Source of the DNA: Candidatus Anderseniibacteriota bacterium
GTDB taxonomy: Bacteria; Patescibacteriota; Andersenbacteria; UBA10190
Reading direction: 5' to 3'
NCBI GenBank assembly: GCA_016197005.1
Contig: JACPWO010000001.1
Location: 87,266-151,265, forward strand
Length of the DNA stretch: 64,000 nt
Every line of letters begins with the position of its first letter. The stretch's first letter is position 1. The translations under genes were made by a program, and so were the position numbers. The notes under the pieces were generated by a model. That model made no database searches. It was not told the DNA's origin and worked only from the letters and a program-made list of their open reading frames with translations. This document shows, one piece after another, positions 27,166 to 36,831 of this stretch.

Positions 27166-27508
27166 ACATGGAAATCGAATATTAAGTCGTACCGCCGCTG
27201 ATCGTGGTCAGCTTTTGCGAACCCTCAGTAAGTCACTGCTAACTCACCACAGTATCGTCACGACTGAAGCAAAAGGAAAAGAACTCAAGAAGTTCTTTGA
27301 GCCGCTTATGACGACCGCGAAAGAAGAGCTTACCTTAGCACGACGCCGCAAACTTTTAGCTATTCTCCAGGGACGGGATCACGTTGAACAGTTAGTGAAG
27401 GTAGCAAAGGACGCTAAGAGTCGCCCCGGAGGATACCTCCGACTAACCAAGCTACCTCGTACTCGTAAAGACAACGCCCAAGAGGTACGGGTTGACTTTG
27501 TCGACTAA
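27155..27508 (+). CDS. rplQ: 50S ribosomal protein L17
   Basis: MKHRHGNRILSRTAADRGQLLRTL... L17 signature. ATG at 27155 chosen over the track's upstream start, giving an 11-nt overlap with rpoA. Confidence 0.8.
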   Translation: MKHRHGNRILSRTAADRGQLLRTLSKSLLTHHSIVTTEAKGKELKKFFEPLMTTAKEELTLARRRKLLAILQGRDHVEQLVKVAKDAKSRPGGYLRLTKLPRTRKDNAQEVRVDFVD

Positions 27509-27530
27509 ATCGCTCACACATAATCTACGT

Positions 27531-27965
27531 ATGGCTAAGAAACCAGAAAAAATATATATCAATCCCAACGCCGAATGGCATCAAATGGATGCTAGTTCTA
27601 AGGTTTTGGGTCGTCTCGCCACTGATGTTGCTGGTTTACTTTTGGGTAAGCACCGCACTGACTACGCCGCTAACTTGGTTTCACCAGTATATGTAATAGT
27701 AACTAACGCAGAAAATCTGAAGGTAACGGGAGCTAAAATGGAGGATAAAAAATACTACCGCTACAGTGGATATCCCGGTGGTATTCGATCCCGGTCACTG
27801 AGAGAACAAATGGAGCGTGACCCATGTAAGGTTATTGAGGATGCTGTTATGGGTATGCTACCTAAAAATTCATTGCGCCCACGACGCTTGCAACACCTCA
27901 AGATTTACACTGGCATGGAGCATCCACACGAAGCTCAGATTAAAGCTGTAATAAAGAAAGACTAG
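27531..27965 (+). CDS. rplM: 50S ribosomal protein L13
   Basis: KPEKIYINPNAEWHQMDASSKVLGRLAT aligns with the L13 N-terminus. ATG at 27531 preferred over the TTG at 27492. Confidence 0.85.
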   Translation: MAKKPEKIYINPNAEWHQMDASSKVLGRLATDVAGLLLGKHRTDYAANLVSPVYVIVTNAENLKVTGAKMEDKKYYRYSGYPGGIRSRSLREQMERDPCKVIEDAVMGMLPKNSLRPRRLQHLKIYTGMEHPHEAQIKAVIKKD

Positions 27966-27967
27966 CT

Positions 27968-28369
27968 ATGACTGATGCAAAGAAAGATCGTCCATATGGT
28001 TTAGGTCGTCGCAAAGAAGCGGTGGCTCAGGTGCAACTTTCAACTACACCAAAAGAACGTACGGTAAACGGAATTGCTTTTACAACATATTTTCCAACCG
28101 AGGCGATGCAGAATGCTGTCATTCGTCCTCTTAAGACTACTTCTCAAGATGATGTGTTCGGTTTTGGACTTCGTATATATGGCGGGGGAAAGAATAGCCA
28201 GGCAGATGCTGCATCACTTGCAATTGCTCGCGCTATCCTGACTTCAGACGAGGGTTATCGGAAGGCGCTACGAGCGGCTGGATTGCTTACCCGCGATCCA
28301 CGAGCGAAAGAGCGTAAAAAGCCAGGTCTTAAACGTGCCCGTCGCGCTCCTCAGTTCAGCAAGCGGTAA
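27968..28369 (+). CDS. rpsI: 30S ribosomal protein S9
   Basis: S9 C-terminal block GGGKNSQADAASLAIARA...KRARRAPQFSKR. Confidence 0.9.
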   Translation: MTDAKKDRPYGLGRRKEAVAQVQLSTTPKERTVNGIAFTTYFPTEAMQNAVIRPLKTTSQDDVFGFGLRIYGGGKNSQADAASLAIARAILTSDEGYRKALRAAGLLTRDPRAKERKKPGLKRARRAPQFSKR

Positions 28370-28385
28370 CCTATTTTAAGAAGTC

Positions 28386-28410
28386 CACTCCCCGGGGTGG
28401 ATTTCTTCGA
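28386..28410 (+). terminator. candidate terminator after rpsI
   Basis: TCCACTCCCCGGGGTGGA hairpin followed by TTTCTTCG. The T-tract is weak. Confidence 0.35.
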
Positions 28411-28415
28411 TACCC

Positions 28416-28443
28416 TTGACACAAGATATATTTGTGATAATTT
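28416..28443 (+). promoter_or_regulatory. candidate sigma70 promoter with extended -10 (TTGACA ... TGTGATAAT)
   Basis: TTGACA at 28416-28421 and TGTGATAAT/TAATTT at 28433-28443. The track's TTG start is the -35 hexamer. Confidence 0.45.
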
Positions 28444-28523
28444 GTGGGGTAGGCGAACTTCGATTGTCGGAGTTCTTATGTTCTCTGTCGCCCGGGGCGA
28501 CGATTTTCTGTGAAAGGATTCCA

Positions 28524-28853
28524 ATGCTTGTAATCAAGCGGAACGAAGGTGAACGGTTTTTCATGGATGATCAGATCTTTGTACAGCTTCTCAGGGCCAG
28601 TGAGGCGAGGGTTAAGATTCTGGTCAATGCTCCAAATCTTCGTGTTGTGCGCGGGGAAATACTTGCTGACGAATCCTCGACCACTCCCGTGAAGAAGTCG
28701 GGGAACCTCGTCCTTACGCGAAAACCAGGACAAGTCTTTTGGATCCTCCCTTCGATTCGCATCATGGTAACTGCAGCCAGTGGTGGCTCAGCCAAGTTTG
28801 GCATTGAGGCTCCAAAGGAAATTATGATCTTGCGGGAAGAACTTATGGCTTAG
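28524..28853 (+). CDS. csrA: tandem-fused double CsrA (two carbon-storage-regulator domains in one 109-aa polypeptide)
   Basis: Residues 1-50 (MLVIKRNEGERFFMDDQIFVQLL...VKILVNAPNLRVVRGEIL) and 61-109 (LVLTRKPGQVFWILPSIRIMV...FGIEAPKEIMILREEL) each match the CsrA consensus MLxLxR..GE..IGD.I.V.V....G..V+IGI.APK...+.REEI. ATG at 28524 is preceded by AAAGGA. Confidence 0.6.
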   Translation: MLVIKRNEGERFFMDDQIFVQLLRASEARVKILVNAPNLRVVRGEILADESSTTPVKKSGNLVLTRKPGQVFWILPSIRIMVTAASGGSAKFGIEAPKEIMILREELMA

Positions 28854-28888
28854 ACTTAGCCATATTTCTCACTTCCCAAGAAACGTAT

Positions 28889-28928
28889 GCCGCCGAAAGC
28901 TTTCGAGCTTCCCGCGGCTTTTTTATTT
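28889..28928 (+). terminator. rho-independent terminator
   Basis: GCCGC...GCGGC stem enclosing the palindrome CGAAAGCTTTCG, then TTTTTTATTTG. Confidence 0.55.
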
Positions 28929-30266
28929 GTCTTCTTCGAGTAATAAGTCTTTTAAGTACAGGGCCGTATTATCTCCAGTTCGTTTCAGATAAAACATTTC
29001 ACGTCCAGCTTCACCGACAGATGCTCGCGCGTCGCCAGTATTAGTACTGTCGAGAGAATACTGGCGCGGTGCATCTCGCGTATCTATTTCCGAAATAATA
29101 ATCTCGTCATCCGCCTGAAATACAATGTGCATACTACCCGCAAACCATTGCGGGTCACGAATGGGACGGGACAGATGCAAGATCGTATGTAGACTGCGAT
29201 AAGGAAGATACGTCGCTCGCTCATCGGCAGCATTAAACACGGCTAGTTCACTTGGCCCTTTTCGTACGAGTAATACCTGTCCGCTGGGAGAAAATCCAAC
29301 GATCTCACCACTATCGGCTACGGGCAGTACTTCCTGTTGAACAAGAACGAATAAATTACCGTTCGTATTTTGCACCGCCACCAGTCCCGTCGGCGCAGCT
29401 ACTATTCGAGTTATTTCACCGAGCTCTGGAAATGCCTGCTCATGCTGTAGGTCTCCAGTTAATGAATACCACTGCAAGGCGCCATTCTCATTCGATACCA
29501 CAATCTGTCGTCTCGTTAAGGCAAAGAGATTCACTCCTTCTGCAATGTTGGTAAACGCCTTGGTAGCGGTGCTATAGGAACGCAGGCTGCCATTCGTAGT
29601 GAGTGCAAGTAGCCTCCCTGGCAACCTCGGATCCCATACAAAAGAACCAGCGGTTGCTAAGGATGGCAGCGCTTCCCGAGTCAGTCCCAGATCAGCAACA
29701 TGTACGAGTTCGCGATTACCAGTGGTGTATTCAACGATGAGAGCAGTGCTATCTGAAGACCATAATAAATGCTGGGACGTACCTTGAAGCGTCAGTGGAT
29801 CAGCTACACTTTCGCCAGTCTGATCTAAAATATGTAGTCGCTGCTGGCTGTCTGTCGCTGCAATCAGTCGACGACTTGGGGACAAAGAAAAAGCAGTTAT
29901 GTCAGCAGCGATGGAGCGTGCTAACGTATTTTCTGGGAAGAGACGAACTGTTCTTAATTCGACAGCACGAGCTGGCTCAATAGGAATATGTTTTTCCCAC
30001 GGAACATATCCGTCTTTCACTATCCGAACAGCCGTCGTTCCTTCGGGTAAATTAGATACAGCCTCGGGGGATGTGCCAACTTGAGTGCCGTCAATTTCAA
30101 TGACTGCATCTTGTGGAATTGTTTCAATAAGAAGAACACCAACTTGCCGTGGTTGACTTTGTAGCTGGAAACGATAGCCAATAGCGTAAAGAATTATCGC
30201 TGGAGCAGCGAGGGCAAAAAATACGCAAGCGCCAATTAAAAGCAGTCTTCGGATAACCCGATTCAT
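28923..30266 (-). CDS. secreted/membrane-anchored protein with PEGA-like domain and beta-propeller-like repeats
   Basis: N-terminal TM/signal segment, a PEGA-like block (IETIPQDAVIEIDGTQVGTSPEAVSNLPEGTTAVRIVKDGYVPW), then repetitive beta-rich sequence. Confidence 0.45.
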   Translation of the reverse strand: MNRVIRRLLLIGACVFFALAAPAIILYAIGYRFQLQSQPRQVGVLLIETIPQDAVIEIDGTQVGTSPEAVSNLPEGTTAVRIVKDGYVPWEKHIPIEPARAVELRTVRLFPENTLARSIAADITAFSLSPSRRLIAATDSQQRLHILDQTGESVADPLTLQGTSQHLLWSSDSTALIVEYTTGNRELVHVADLGLTREALPSLATAGSFVWDPRLPGRLLALTTNGSLRSYSTATKAFTNIAEGVNLFALTRRQIVVSNENGALQWYSLTGDLQHEQAFPELGEITRIVAAPTGLVAVQNTNGNLFVLVQQEVLPVADSGEIVGFSPSGQVLLVRKGPSELAVFNAADERATYLPYRSLHTILHLSRPIRDPQWFAGSMHIVFQADDEIIISEIDTRDAPRQYSLDSTNTGDARASVGEAGREMFYLKRTGDNTALYLKDLLLEEDK

Positions 30267-30317
30267 ATCCTTATCATAAGCGTGGAACTTGTATCTTGCA
30301 TCTAGTATCTTTAATCC

Positions 30318-31589
30318 ATGTCATCATTTAGTTTAAACGGCCCCGCCAAGCTGTCTGGACAGATACCAGTCCTTGGCTCAAAAAATGCTGCCCTTCCCTT
30401 ACTTGCGGCTACCCTCTTAACGGGGGAGGAGGTTACTTTACATAATATTCCTCCCATTCGCGACACCACTGCCATGCAGGAGATTTTAACGCGCATGGGT
30501 GCTTTAATTTCTACTCCTTCTGAAGACACTCTTACAGTAAAGGCCTCTACTATTTCTGCTGATAACTTACCCGAGGAAACAGTTCGAGCACTGCGTGGAT
30601 CTATATTATTACTAGGTGCACTCCTGGGTCGAACTGGTCGCGCTGCCTTACCTCTGCCCGGCGGCGACATTATTGGTGCACGACCTATTGATGTTCATCT
30701 GGACGCCTTCGAGCAACTTGGGGCAGTAGTAACTCTGAGAGAAGGACTCGTTGAAATTGATGGAGAAAATATGAAGGCCGGGCGAGTGGTACTGGGAGAA
30801 TTATCTGTCACTGCTACAGAAAACACACTGCTGGCAGCCGCTACATTGCCAGGCACAACCACTATTGAGATGGCTGCTGCTGAGCCGCACGTTGCTGCAC
30901 TTGCTCATTTATTGTCAGCGATGGGGGCAACGGTAGAAGGAGCGGGAACGCACCGCATTACAATAACGGGATCTAAAAAATTGTCGGGAGCGGAGTTTTC
31001 TAATATTCCTGACATGCTTGAAGCTGGATTTTTTATACTTTTGGCAGCCGCTTTGGGCAGCGAGCTTACTGTTACTAGTGTTCCAGTAAATGACTTGCTG
31101 TCATTCTTTAAAAAGATTGACTACATTGGCGTGAAATACGAGATGGAGATGCGAGATGATGGTTACGCCGACGTCACAGTTAGTCCTTCGAGTCTCCGTA
31201 GCTTTTCTATCAAAACCTTGCCACATCCAGGCCTGGCCACTGATTTGCAAGCGCCTTTTGGTCTTTTGGCAACGCAAGTTGAAGGTAATAGCCTCATTCA
31301 TGACCCAATGTACGAGGCACGATTTAGATATATCCATGAATTACAAAAGATGGGAGCAAAGGCAGTCATTTGTGACCCTCACCGTGTTATTATTACCGGC
31401 CCCAGCAAATTATCTGGTAAACGTATCCCCAGTTTAGACATTCGGGCAGGAGCCACACTTATGATGGCGGGCCTCTTAGCGACAGGAAATACCATTATTG
31501 AAGAAGCTGAAATTATTGAACGAGGATACGCTCGTCTCCCAGAACGTTTGCGAGCAATTGGAGCAGACATTAACGTCATTGCAAGTTAA
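30318..31589 (+). CDS. murA: UDP-N-acetylglucosamine 1-carboxyvinyltransferase MurA (Asp at the catalytic Cys position)
   Basis: EPT fold with MurA motifs. The active-site loop reads LPGGDIIGARPIDVH, with Asp117 encoded by GAC at 30666-30668. Confidence 0.85.
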   Translation: MSSFSLNGPAKLSGQIPVLGSKNAALPLLAATLLTGEEVTLHNIPPIRDTTAMQEILTRMGALISTPSEDTLTVKASTISADNLPEETVRALRGSILLLGALLGRTGRAALPLPGGDIIGARPIDVHLDAFEQLGAVVTLREGLVEIDGENMKAGRVVLGELSVTATENTLLAAATLPGTTTIEMAAAEPHVAALAHLLSAMGATVEGAGTHRITITGSKKLSGAEFSNIPDMLEAGFFILLAAALGSELTVTSVPVNDLLSFFKKIDYIGVKYEMEMRDDGYADVTVSPSSLRSFSIKTLPHPGLATDLQAPFGLLATQVEGNSLIHDPMYEARFRYIHELQKMGAKAVICDPHRVIITGPSKLSGKRIPSLDIRAGATLMMAGLLATGNTIIEEAEIIERGYARLPERLRAIGADINVIAS

Positions 31590-31613
31590 AAGGTAAACAG
31601 AACACTTACGGAT

Positions 31614-32624
31614 ATGGCACTTACACGAAAAATTGCGATTGATCTTGGTACAACAAACACCCTTATGTACGTCCCGAAAAAAGGGATCGTACTCAATGAG
31701 CCATCAGTAGTTGCTATTTCTTCTGATAATAACGCTGTGCTGGCTATTGGCAGACAGGCACAACAAATGATCGGACGCACTCCAGAAACAATTACCGCTC
31801 ATCGACCACTCAAGGATGGCGTTATTGCTGACTTCCGTATTGCTGAAGCTATGCTTCGCTATCTCATTAAACAAACAGGGGCTTCAGTAAAATTCTTTCG
31901 CCCCGAGGTACTTGTATCTGTACCGGCCAATATTACTAGTACGGAGCGCCGCGCGGTCGTAGACGCAACTCTGTCGGCTGGTGCGAAATCTGTCTATCTC
32001 ATTAAAGAGCCAGTTGCCGCTGCTATTGGTGCCAATATTCCCATTGGTGAAAGTTCAGGCCACATGATCGTAGATATTGGTGGTGGCACAACTGAAGCTG
32101 CGGTTATTTCTTTAGGGGGTGTGGTTTCAGCTCACTCTTCACGTGTAGGCGGAAATGTATTTGATGCCGCTATTATTGAACATATTCGGAAACGATATGG
32201 CCTGGTTATTGGTGAGCCAACCGCTGAGTTTATTAAAAAGGAAATTGGTTCCGCTATCCCTGAGGAAGAGCCAGAAAGTTTAAGTGTTCGCGGACGTGAT
32301 GTCGCAACTGGCCTACCAAAAGAAACTGTTATTTCCTCTCATGAAGTTACTGAAGCGCTACGTGAACCGCTCTCAGAGGTTATGTTAACGATAAAACACG
32401 TCTTACAGGATACACCGCCAGAACTTTCGGCTGATATTATAGACAAAGGTATTGTGTTGACCGGTGGCGGAGCCGCTCTAAAAAATATTGATCAACTCAT
32501 ATCTCACGGTACGGCGGTGCCGGTATATATTGCCGATGACCCACTAGTATGTGTTGTAAAGGGTGCCGGGGCGGCACTGGATAACTTAGAGACATATAAG
32601 CGCAGCATCTTGCTCACAAAGTAA
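31614..32624 (+). CDS. MreB/Mbl-family actin-like protein (paralog 1)
   Basis: IAIDLGTTNT phosphate-1 motif, DIGGGTT, and the overall MreB length. Confidence 0.8.
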   Translation: MALTRKIAIDLGTTNTLMYVPKKGIVLNEPSVVAISSDNNAVLAIGRQAQQMIGRTPETITAHRPLKDGVIADFRIAEAMLRYLIKQTGASVKFFRPEVLVSVPANITSTERRAVVDATLSAGAKSVYLIKEPVAAAIGANIPIGESSGHMIVDIGGGTTEAAVISLGGVVSAHSSRVGGNVFDAAIIEHIRKRYGLVIGEPTAEFIKKEIGSAIPEEEPESLSVRGRDVATGLPKETVISSHEVTEALREPLSEVMLTIKHVLQDTPPELSADIIDKGIVLTGGGAALKNIDQLISHGTAVPVYIADDPLVCVVKGAGAALDNLETYKRSILLTK

Positions 32625-32641
32625 GGCACGGGTATTGTGAA

Positions 32642-33754
32642 TTGATGTCTTTGGGGGATCTAAAGGTTGCCTTAGTGCACGATGAGCTGGTCCGGCGGGG
32701 GGGAGCGGAGCGAGTTCTCGAGGAACTTATACGAGTATTTCCACGTGCTCATATATATGCCTTATATGCCAGTAATACTCCCTTTATTACCGTCGATGGA
32801 AAAAGATATCGTATCCGTACAACGTTTTTACAAAAGTTTCCTGTATGGTTTCGTCAGCACCCACGTCGACTCGCACTCCTTCTTCTGCATGCTGCCGAGC
32901 GACTTGATCTGTCTAAATACGATTTAGTAATTAGCTCATCAAGTGCCTTTGCCAAAGGTATTGTTACCCGTTCGTACGTCCCACACATTTCGTACTGTCA
33001 CACACCCACGAGATACATATGGGAGCGGCACAGCGGTGGCATATTTGAAAAAGTAGCTCAACATTTTCTAAAAATGGCTGACTTCGCGGCTGGCCAGCGA
33101 CCAGATATTTTTGTGGCAAATTCTAAATACACGCAAGCACGACTCCGCAAATATTACCGACGAGAAAGTACCGTTATATATCCGCCGGTAGCAACGGACT
33201 TTTATTCACCCGCGTATACCTCACAAAAGAAAGAGTATTTCCTGTGCGTAGGACGACTTACTCCTGCCAAACAATTTGACCAAGCAATCGCCATATGTGA
33301 AAAACTTCGGTTGCCGCTGCATATTGCCGGTGTCGGACAAGACTATGCTCGTCTCAAAAACTTAGCTGGTCCAGCTACAACTTTTCTCGGGAAAATTTCT
33401 GATGAGGAACTGCGGCTGCAATACCGAGGGGCGTGGGCACTCTTGCAACCAGGGATTGAGGACTTCGGTATGGCAACCGTAGAATCTTTAGCCTGTGGAA
33501 CGCCGGTTATTACTCCAGCCGCAGGTGGTGCACCGGAGATCATCGAAGACGGCAAACACGGTATTCTGTACCGGGAACCCGTTATGGAGTTGCTGGCAGA
33601 AGCAATTAATAAGTTTCTGCAAAAAAGAGAGTCGTTTAACCCCAGTGTATTGCAAGAGCAGGCGCTCAAGTTTTCCCGCTCATACTTTCGAAGCAGTCTA
33701 CGGAATGTGGTTGAAGAAGTACTACGCAAACAACATACTGGAAGTACACTTTAG
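32642..33754 (+). CDS. glycosyltransferase family 4 (GT-B, group 1)
   Basis: C-terminal EDFGMATVESLACGTPVI motif (the E-x7-E region) typical of GT4. Confidence 0.7.
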   Translation: MMSLGDLKVALVHDELVRRGGAERVLEELIRVFPRAHIYALYASNTPFITVDGKRYRIRTTFLQKFPVWFRQHPRRLALLLLHAAERLDLSKYDLVISSSSAFAKGIVTRSYVPHISYCHTPTRYIWERHSGGIFEKVAQHFLKMADFAAGQRPDIFVANSKYTQARLRKYYRRESTVIYPPVATDFYSPAYTSQKKEYFLCVGRLTPAKQFDQAIAICEKLRLPLHIAGVGQDYARLKNLAGPATTFLGKISDEELRLQYRGAWALLQPGIEDFGMATVESLACGTPVITPAAGGAPEIIEDGKHGILYREPVMELLAEAINKFLQKRESFNPSVLQEQALKFSRSYFRSSLRNVVEEVLRKQHTGSTL

Positions 33755-33772
33755 TTCTTAAAATACATTCTT

Positions 33773-34093
33773 ATGAAATACTCACTACGAACGCATAATC
33801 TCGAAGTAAGTGACCTGGATCGGCAGCAGATGGATGAAAAGTTAGATCGCCTAGAGAAGCATATCCAAATACCGTTTGTAGCCGACGTCTCACTTGAACG
33901 GCACACTCTTCGCAGCGCAGGAGAAACCGTTACTTGTATTATTCGAGTAGAGCAAGGAAAACAACTCTTTCGATCGGAACGCAGCGATTCTTCCCTTCAA
34001 ACTGCTCTTGATGAGGCAATTGATGCTATACAGAAAGAACTGAAGAAAGCACACGACAAAAATAAACGGCACGGCGGGGGAGTGCAGCGATAA
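33773..34093 (+). CDS. hpf: ribosome hibernation-promoting factor (short HPF/RaiA)
   Basis: Short HPF with N-terminal MKYSLRTHNLEVSDLDRQQMDEKLDRLEKH. Confidence 0.75.
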   Translation: MKYSLRTHNLEVSDLDRQQMDEKLDRLEKHIQIPFVADVSLERHTLRSAGETVTCIIRVEQGKQLFRSERSDSSLQTALDEAIDAIQKELKKAHDKNKRHGGGVQR

Positions 34094-34190
34094 AGGAGGG
34101 ATACATCCTAAGATTCGGTTTAACAACCTGAAAAAGGCTTTTTGCATATATACTTGCCCGTACCAGCCTAATCCCTGATACTTCCGACAT

Positions 34191-36827
34191 ATGTCATTTC
34201 TGAGTAAATTAGGTTTTTCTGGCACATCTCGCCATGAAAAGCAAGCGGAGAAATATCGGCCCCGGGTAGCAGAAATTACGGCTCTCGACACCAAAATGGC
34301 TGAGTTGTCCGACGATGCCTTAAAGCAGGTAGTAATGCAGCATAAAGGCAAAAACCGTGAGGAATTAGATATCGTTGTACCGGAAATCTTTGCCGCTGTT
34401 CGTGAGGCATCCAAGCGCACGATCAAAATGCGTCACTTTGATGTGCAGCTCTTAGGCGGCTTAGCTCTCCTCAATAACACCATCTCTGAAATGAAGACAG
34501 GTGAAGGTAAGACGTTAGTTGCTACCCTTCCTATTATTGTGAACGCTCTTACTGGAAAGGGTGCGCATTTAGTTACGGTTAACGACTACCTAGCTCAGCG
34601 CGATGCCGACTGGATGCGACCGGTATATGAATTCTTTGGTTTAACGGTTGGCACGATTCGGGCTGGGCAGTCTTCGGACGAAAAGCGAGCAGCCTACGCC
34701 GCCGACATAACGTATGGCACCAACAATGAATTTGGGTTTGATTACCTCCGTGACAATATGGCCCAGAGCATGGAACAGCTAGTACAACGTGGTCTTCATT
34801 TTGCCCTAGTTGATGAAGTCGACAGCATTTTAATTGATGAAGCGAGAACTCCGCTTATTATTTCCGCTCCCGACACTGAATCTACTGATCTCTACCAACA
34901 ATTTTCCAAGCTCGTGCCGCGTCTCATTGAGAACACGCATTACAATATTGATGAAAAACGACGAGCGGCCACATTAACTGACGAAGGTATTTCTAAAGTA
35001 GAAGAGCTCCTCAGTATCGATAACATCTACGCCGATAAAGGTGTTCGCTTCGTTCATCATTTAGAGCAAGCCCTCCGAGCCCATACGCTATATCACCGAG
35101 ATAAAGATTATGTCGTTCAGGAAGGACAAGTTATTATCGTAGATGAATTCACCGGTCGCCTGATGCCGGGACGACGTTATTCCGAAGGATTGCATCAGGC
35201 GCTAGAAGCGAAAGAAGGAGTCAAAGTACAACAAGAAAGCCGCACCCTTGCCTCTATTACCTTTCAGAACTATTTTCGTCTGTATAAGCACCTAGCTGGA
35301 ATGACTGGAACGGCGGAAACGTCGGCGGAAGAATTTGAGAAGGTATATAACCTTGATGTTGCCATCATCCCGACTAATCAGAACATGGTACGTCAGGATA
35401 AAGCAGATAAGATTTTCATAAGCGAATCAGCGAAATATAAGGCTGTTGTTAAAGAGATAAAAGAGCGCCACCAGAAGCGTCAACCCGTACTGGTCGGTAC
35501 AATCGCCATTGAAAAATCTGAATATCTCTCCGCTCTGCTTCAGAAAGAAGGAGTAAAGCACGAAGTACTCAACGCCAAACAACACGCGCGGGAAGCTGAG
35601 ATTGTGGCCCAAGCTGGTCAGGCTGGTGCCGTCACTATTTCTACTAATATGGCTGGCCGTGGTACTGACATTAAATTGGGTAAGGAAGTTCCTGCTCTAG
35701 GCGGTTTACTTGTACTAGGAACAGAGCGACATGAAGCTCGTCGTATCGATAACCAGCTCCGTGGACGTAGTGGTCGTCAGGGTGACCCAGGGGAATCTCA
35801 ATTTTATGTCAGTATGGATGACGATGTTATGCGTATTTTCGGCGGTCAGCGTATTAAGTCCTTAATGGGTCGCCTGAAAGTACCGGAAGATGAACCAATC
35901 GAAAACAAAATGGTAAGTCGAGCTATTGAAAGTGCCCAGGAGCGGGTAGAAGGACACTACTTTGATATGCGTAAGCAGGTCTTGTCATACGACGACGTAA
36001 TGAACCGACAACGTAATGCCATCTATACTCTTCGTCGTGGTCTCTTAGAACACGGAACGTGGCGAGAACCAACCATAGAAGAAATGTCGACCCATGACCG
36101 TCTCGAGAGTCTACTGACCGAACAAGCAGAGCAACTCGTTACTACCCATACCAGTGAAGGAACACCGGAGGAATGGAATATAAAGGAAATCGCTGAAGTA
36201 GTACAAAGCCTGGTTGGAAAATCTGGAGCAGATATTAAGCAGAAGCTCGAAACAACGCGAACTGCCGGACAGGAGCAAAGTGTCGAGGAAATTCAAGAGT
36301 CGCTTAAGAAAGTAGCCATAGATGAGCTCAAAGAGCGGCTACAGCAAAAACAGACTGAGATGGGTGAAGAAACAATGAAAAAATTGGAGGTAGCCGCGGC
36401 GCTTCGCTCGATTGATACGCTGTGGATGGAACACATCGATACCATGGATTATCTGCGCACCGGTATTGGACTACGTGGGTACGGTCAACGTGACCCTCTA
36501 GTCGAATACCAAAAAGAAGGTCACCGCTTATTTAAACAGTTACTCGATACGATTAAGAGTTCGTTTGTAGAAACCGTCTTTCACGCTGAATTTATCCGTC
36601 AAAGTGCTATTCCTAAAGGACAGGCTATTCATGCATCGACTTCAATGGAAGACGCTTCTCCCACTGATAGTGCAGCTAGCCCACAACGACCAGCCACCGC
36701 TGCTCCGGGCAGTAATACCCTTACCAACCCCAACAAAAACGTTGGAAGAAATGATCCGTGTCCTTGCGGCTCTGGCAAGAAATATAAAAAGTGTGGGCTT
36801 ATAAACGCCCCTGAACATCGGGCTTAA
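34191..36827 (+). CDS. secA: preprotein translocase ATPase SecA
   Basis: DEAD-like motor motifs ([25 protein letters not shown]), the SecA wing/scaffold, and the C-terminal zinc-binding [12 protein letters not shown]. Confidence 0.9.
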   Translation: MSFLSKLGFSGTSRHEKQAEKYRPRVAEITALDTKMAELSDDALKQVVMQHKGKNREELDIVVPEIFAAVREASKRTIKMRHFDVQLLGGLALLNNTISEMKTGEGKTLVATLPIIVNALTGKGAHLVTVNDYLAQRDADWMRPVYEFFGLTVGTIRAGQSSDEKRAAYAADITYGTNNEFGFDYLRDNMAQSMEQLVQRGLHFALVDEVDSILIDEARTPLIISAPDTESTDLYQQFSKLVPRLIENTHYNIDEKRRAATLTDEGISKVEELLSIDNIYADKGVRFVHHLEQALRAHTLYHRDKDYVVQEGQVIIVDEFTGRLMPGRRYSEGLHQALEAKEGVKVQQESRTLASITFQNYFRLYKHLAGMTGTAETSAEEFEKVYNLDVAIIPTNQNMVRQDKADKIFISESAKYKAVVKEIKERHQKRQPVLVGTIAIEKSEYLSALLQKEGVKHEVLNAKQHAREAEIVAQAGQAGAVTISTNMAGRGTDIKLGKEVPALGGLLVLGTERHEARRIDNQLRGRSGRQGDPGESQFYVSMDDDVMRIFGGQRIKSLMGRLKVPEDEPIENKMVSRAIESAQERVEGHYFDMRKQVLSYDDVMNRQRNAIYTLRRGLLEHGTWREPTIEEMSTHDRLESLLTEQAEQLVTTHTSEGTPEEWNIKEIAEVVQSLVGKSGADIKQKLETTRTAGQEQSVEEIQESLKKVAIDELKERLQQKQTEMGEETMKKLEVAAALRSIDTLWMEHIDTMDYLRTGIGLRGYGQRDPLVEYQKEGHRLFKQLLDTIKSSFVETVFHAEFIRQSAIPKGQAIHASTSMEDASPTDSAASPQRPATAAPGSNTLTNPNKNVGRNDPCPCGSGKKYKKCGLINAPEHRA

Positions 36828-36831
36828 TCCT

